Positions 60,501 through 64,000 of a stretch of 64,000 bases of DNA are shown piece after piece. A program made the position numbers and the translations under genes. Location: positions 1-64,000 of the forward strand of contig JAHCIT010000003.1 in the NCBI GenBank assembly GCA_026129095.1. The letters are read 5' to 3'. The notes under the pieces were generated by a model, which saw only the letters and a program-made list of their open reading frames with translations, was not told the DNA's origin and did no database searches. This stretch comes from Deltaproteobacteria bacterium (GTDB lineage Bacteria > JAGRBM01 > JAHCIT01). Every line of letters starts with the position of its first letter. Positions within the stretch are counted from its first letter, which is position 1.

Positions 60501-61424
60501 CCGATCCGCTCGCGCCACGCGGCGCTCGATTCAAGTTTCGCCGCCGCGTTTGGGATTACGACTGACGGAACGGTCAATGACTACCGTAACCAGACGCTGT
60601 TCTCGAAGGTCGCCCGCGTCCGGGTCCAGCGGCTGAACGGGTCCGACTACAACGGCACCGCTGTCGGGATCACTTTCGCGCTGTCCGGTTCTTCCGGTTC
60701 CCTGTTCCGTAACGACGGAGCCAACAACAACTGCCAGACGACCGCACCCGCATCTCCAGTCACGACATCGCTGGTCAGTTCCGCCCAGACGGCCTACGCC
60801 TGTGTCGTGTCGGATGGCAACGTGACCCTGGCGCCGAATGTGAACGCCACGACGACTGTCACTGCCACGCTCGCCAACTGCCCTGTCGCCAAGCAGCCGC
60901 TTTGCCAGACGACCGGCAACGTGAACGTCCGCAGCGTCCGGCGGCAGGTGACTTACCGTTTCCCGATGACGCGGACGAGCGGCACCGGTGCGGTTGATTT
61001 CGCCGGATTTACACTGAAAGCGTTCTTCAACGACCAGAACATCGCCTACGTGGCGGGAACGGCCACCGGCCAGGATATCCTGTCGTCGCTCGGGACGATC
61101 CAGAGCAACGTGTTCGGCACGAACGAACTGCGCGTCCTCAAGTCGGCCGGTGACAACGACTATCTGTTCCCGTCGGGCAGTCCCGGCAGCCGGGACGTGA
61201 TCCAGACGATCTTCCGGATCAGGGAACAGTGTGCGTCCGCTGCCTGTGCCTTGCTTGCCGATCGAGTCGCGTATGATCCGGCGGCGGGGGAAATCACGTC
61301 GGTTCCCATTGGCACCGGCAACTCGGAGATATTCAGATACAACGCACTGGGTGAACCTGTCGCGGCAACGCTCAGGTTTGATCCTCCGTCTGGTGTCCAT
61401 GCGGCACTGAACTACGGGCAATGA
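57594..61424 (+). CDS. Large Cys-rich surface lipoprotein with Ig-like domains and a C-terminal cohesin-like domain
   Basis: Lipobox VLAG-C then GGGGG, beta-rich T/V/G/P composition, Big_1-like VKARLKNGEGDVI...STADGVAEVQF, about 30 Cys, C-terminal DFAGFTLKAFFNDQNIAYV...VIQTIFRIR. Confidence 0.75.
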   Translation: MSVISIQCRHATPVAVLANLLRRFGLAATAAVWVLAGCGGGGGTTTQTVTRTVTRDVPRNVVFGLTTTPAVHTCTGPTSTCIANGLDQYQISVTVSVDGDAPGTQAPVALIVTAPEGARIHTDSAAGAPGYQQTTVAVIPDGPATIVYVRATSNGTYTVEFSHPDADNPNLGTLVRMVPDLAFIADPNVPVEVEFFEALGFVPAFGGTTTVKARLKNGEGDVITGAAAGLFQIAFTSVTDPLGYFDPANGIAVPSTADGVAEVQFGTLATYPDGGTITLRASLVGTALHNDRQVTIFENLGAPIYAEYGVISRVAGSLNPPAPAPPALLPPSLSYLANAPGGLDGFTGKDLNRADTFRLQVRVVTADEFAQGVSCNALTPGEGNVVCMPGNVNMQIDCLANDELVAAAACQFSANPDGPWQASLTINCGDGDPNTTDTCIGEVYLKIVSNSVKARSASGFTKIFPSLRVQTIGSISTIPTLNRRYDDQAAVTPTNPTWNSRTFAGVSVAGEENRLRLRPDILLPFMVKWVEPVTASAPTGGCQIIQGGTGNQRIVKCTEDPSKYASVCFGEGAANFNQGTCSFEILNNRCSPTEVFRSGVCTGGAGDVPRIPLRLELLPSTCRSVADLTDNPGDCYRQVLTEGGLPSKVKLDFTYLGLQAQPPYVVRSAGLFHNSSVAVGGQDNINIAEDIAAGWFPLDNDIAESGSTFLLPPLVSSTPANPYRVRLEVEPVSSGTTGLNKEEQNVIVNPGCFAPASVTCTRTTTAGGPACLQPPANRIQANNNADNASCARFSCEVKTFGQLFPDTAVDSQVMCPAASGPYVLPDDANYQIRFIDVGRTVAGDEPVGDPDGQEIDADGGAGESNGVEVQFSESGSFPASNNFTAQNQTVNVVGGFAHVYARVRSTSRANDQTANMIARLRYTGGSIQPATLLQQQFSMIVNPDGTLPGQVTITFHRPSEVVAGTVNTDPIRSRHAALDSSFAAAFGITTDGTVNDYRNQTLFSKVARVRVQRLNGSDYNGTAVGITFALSGSSGSLFRNDGANNNCQTTAPASPVTTSLVSSAQTAYACVVSDGNVTLAPNVNATTTVTATLANCPVAKQPLCQTTGNVNVRSVRRQVTYRFPMTRTSGTGAVDFAGFTLKAFFNDQNIAYVAGTATGQDILSSLGTIQSNVFGTNELRVLKSAGDNDYLFPSGSPGSRDVIQTIFRIREQCASAACALLADRVAYDPAAGEITSVPIGTGNSEIFRYNALGEPVAATLRFDPPSGVHAALNYGQ

Positions 61425-61450
61425 TGAGGAAACCGGAGAGGTAACGGCAC

Positions 61451-64000
61451 ATGAAGATGCTCCTCGCGGTCCTCAGGAAATGGCGGCCGCCCCATTTGAA
61501 ATCCAGAACAAGACTGGCGCTCCTGCTGGTCCTGCTCGCCGCGCCCCTCCGGGCGGAGGCCGCCGGCCTGTTCGGCGACGTCTATCCGCGTGGCGCGCCG
61601 GACGGCATCGTCAGCCTGGGCGACCTGCTGCTGATCCGTGCATTTGCACTTGGCGTAACGGTCCCGACCGAGGCCGAACTCAACGCCGCTAATGTCTTCC
61701 CGCTGTCGCTTTGCATCACCTGCCTTCCGAATGAGGTCAGGTTCCCCGATTTCGCAACCCGGTTCATCGGGGGCAATGACACGAATGCTAACGATCCGGG
61801 CGACATTACCATCGCCGACGTGCTCGTGATCGAGAAGGTCATCTTGGGCCAGATCATCCTGGGTTCGGGCCTTGCCCTGAACACGGTCGGGGCCATCAAC
61901 CCGTCGAGCGGCGACACTTTCGGCGGAACGGTGGTGTCGATCAGCGGTAATGGATTTGCCGTGGAGCCTGGGCAGAAGCTCAGGATCAGTTTCGTGTTTC
62001 ACAACGACGGAGGCCCGGCTGACCGGGTCGAATGCGTGATTCCGCAAGGCGTCTCGCCAGCCACCGTTGACTGCGGGCTTCCCTTTTCGGTTATCTCAAT
62101 CACCAACAACACCATACAGGTGACGACCCCGGACGCATCCGGCCTGATCGAAGCGGGCGCGTTCGAGATCAGCGCCGCCATCCAGGTGGCGGTTCTGGAC
62201 GCGGATGACATCGTCATCCAGGCGACGACTGACGCACTCACTGCGGGCAATTCGTTCACCTTCGCCCGAGGCGCGCTCCAGATCATCGCCATCGGTGGCG
62301 AGGACCAGGCAGGCTTCCCGCTGATCGAGCTTGGCGTGCCGCTGGAAACGTTCGTCTACGATTTCGTTCTGCAGTCGCCGGCCACTTCAAATACGCCCGA
62401 TCCGCTGGCAGCGCCATACGTGACTTTCGTGGTGGATATTGTCGATCACTGCCCGGCGCTGCTGAATGACTCCGATTTCGAGATGATATTACCCATTAAC
62501 GATCTGGGCCGGACACAGATAAGGGTGACGCCGCTGGCCGACTGTCCGTCGCACCAGGTTCGCGTTACGGCGACCGTTACCAACCTGTTCTCGTTCCCGA
62601 TCATACCGGTCACACAGACCACCTTCGTGATCCCGGTCGCCGAGGCGGACCAGGGCGTTCTTCAGGTCGTGTCCGGGGCGGGGCAGATTTGTCCGTACGA
62701 CACGACCTGCTCGCTGGACCTGACCGCGGATACTCCGGTGCCGGAGCCGATGGTCGTCAGCATCATCGACCGGTTCGGGCAGCCGTTCATCGGCACGATC
62801 AATGTGAACTTTGCCGACCAGCCGTTTGGTTTCGGCGGCCGGACCGGAAACCTGACCGATCCGGTCATGGCGCAGGGGACCAGTACGGCCTGCACCGGCA
62901 CTGACATCAACAAGGATTGTTCGGCTGTTACCAATGTTCGCGTGAACTTTACCACGGGCGGATCAACGGACCCTGCGCTGAACAGTGCCGAATACGTCGT
63001 CCTGGCAACGGCCATAGGCAACCCGTCGCCGGGAACGTTCACCAATGCGACACCGATCATACCGGCCGGCGGAGTGACCTTCCGGATCCGGGCCGAACGC
63101 CCGGTGGGGACCACGATCGAATACGCTGACCCGGCGCTGGCCGACCGCGAGGCGGACCTGGTCAACGATATGGGGCCATTCGCGATGGGCGTGAAGGTCC
63201 GCGACCAGTGGGGGCGGCTCGCCACCAGCCAGGTCAACGTGCCGAACTGCGTGACCTATACAGCGCAGATGCCGGGCTTCACGTCGCCCCCCACGATTTC
63301 GATGACCGGCGGCAGCACGGTGAACTGCCCGGGTGACCAGCAGGTACCGCCGAACAAGCTTTCGGTCGAGGCGCCTGCCGGGACCGTTACGGAGAGCCTT
63401 GAGTTCGTGAGTGGTTCCCAGGGCGGGGTTATCACGGTGAGGGCGGCTATTACGTCACGGCCCGGTGCACTGGTGGACTTCCGGTTCGCCCTCGGCCTCT
63501 CGAACCGTCCGCCGCCACCAGTGAACCTCTCCCGGGTCATGGCCAGCCACCAGATACAGAACAGCCTCCCGGCGGCCCCGGACGGGACGACAGTCGGCAG
63601 CTTCCTCGTGCGTGGAGCGTTGGGGGCAGTCCGCAAATCGGAGGACGACACGGCGCCGTTTGGCAGCGGCACTCCGCCGACATTCACCCGCTATTCGGTC
63701 AGCGTGACCGACGGCGGGGCGATCACCGGCTGCGGGAATGTCAGTAATGGCATTACCGGCGGAGTAGGGCTGGATGGTACCGGCGACGTTGACCAGGGCC
63801 GTTTCGAGGTCGTGCTGACACCGCCGCCCACTACCGGCCAGCTTGCCATCAGTGTGTGGGATAACCTGAACTGCTCCGGCGAGCAGTCAGTCCCGAAGCT
63901 TATCGGATACACGAGCCGGTTCGATACCGGATACGTCTCCAACCGCTCCCGGTCGCAGCTCGACAAGCTGAGTCTGGATTTCTCCACGCCGGCACCCACG
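61451..64000 (+). CDS. Large secreted protein (partial, at least 850 aa) with N-terminal dockerin-like domain, IPT/TIG and Big_1-like Ig domains; not in the supplied ORF track
   Basis: Translated by hand: GGAGAGG SD, ATG 61451, signal peptide ...LALLLVLLAAPLRAEA, GDVYPRGAPDGIVSLGDLLLI...GDITIADVLVIEKVILG, INPSSGDTFGGTVVSISGNGF, LQVVSGAGQ...PMVVSIIDRFGQP. No in-frame stop up to base 64000. Confidence 0.85.
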   Translation, partial: MKMLLAVLRKWRPPHLKSRTRLALLLVLLAAPLRAEAAGLFGDVYPRGAPDGIVSLGDLLLIRAFALGVTVPTEAELNAANVFPLSLCITCLPNEVRFPDFATRFIGGNDTNANDPGDITIADVLVIEKVILGQIILGSGLALNTVGAINPSSGDTFGGTVVSISGNGFAVEPGQKLRISFVFHNDGGPADRVECVIPQGVSPATVDCGLPFSVISITNNTIQVTTPDASGLIEAGAFEISAAIQVAVLDADDIVIQATTDALTAGNSFTFARGALQIIAIGGEDQAGFPLIELGVPLETFVYDFVLQSPATSNTPDPLAAPYVTFVVDIVDHCPALLNDSDFEMILPINDLGRTQIRVTPLADCPSHQVRVTATVTNLFSFPIIPVTQTTFVIPVAEADQGVLQVVSGAGQICPYDTTCSLDLTADTPVPEPMVVSIIDRFGQPFIGTINVNFADQPFGFGGRTGNLTDPVMAQGTSTACTGTDINKDCSAVTNVRVNFTTGGSTDPALNSAEYVVLATAIGNPSPGTFTNATPIIPAGGVTFRIRAERPVGTTIEYADPALADREADLVNDMGPFAMGVKVRDQWGRLATSQVNVPNCVTYTAQMPGFTSPPTISMTGGSTVNCPGDQQVPPNKLSVEAPAGTVTESLEFVSGSQGGVITVRAAITSRPGALVDFRFALGLSNRPPPPVNLSRVMASHQIQNSLPAAPDGTTVGSFLVRGALGAVRKSEDDTAPFGSGTPPTFTRYSVSVTDGGAITGCGNVSNGITGGVGLDGTGDVDQGRFEVVLTPPPTTGQLAISVWDNLNCSGEQSVPKLIGYTSRFDTGYVSNRSRSQLDKLSLDFSTPAPT

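Overview
This is a GC-rich (roughly 65% by eye) bacterial chromosome segment with a deltaproteobacterial-type gene complement (Myxococcota, Desulfobacterota or Bdellovibrionota-like; inferred from gene content only). It opens with a REP-like palindrome cluster and a dusB-ntrB-ntrC-like operon. A reverse-strand housekeeping run follows: nadA, SGNH hydrolase, rplU, rpmA, obgE, proB, proA, rsfS, rlmH, dksA, gpmI, gloA, OsmC. Next come two tandem beta-barrel OMP paralogs, a hydrolase, an NHL lipoprotein, tmk and a two-component pair. The middle holds a six-gene Agl-Glt/Nfs-like envelope cluster with no motor genes, an RpoD-like sigma with a basic N-terminus, a lipase-GH2-oppABC operon, rpoZ, htrA, clpB and a TetR-GMC oxidase-alkylglycerol monooxygenase-like operon. 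The window ends with a stand-alone Fis-HTH protein, a giant coiled-coil/CE4 deacetylase fusion and two very large Cys-rich Ig-like surface proteins. The best candidate for an undescribed system is this last pair. The first protein is a lipoprotein ending in a cohesin-like domain. The second, absent from the supplied ORF track because it runs off the window, starts with a dockerin-like domain. Together they suggest a non-cellulosomal cohesin-dockerin surface scaffold. I saw no rRNA, tRNA, CRISPR, IS or prophage. All family calls come from motif recognition by eye, not database searches.
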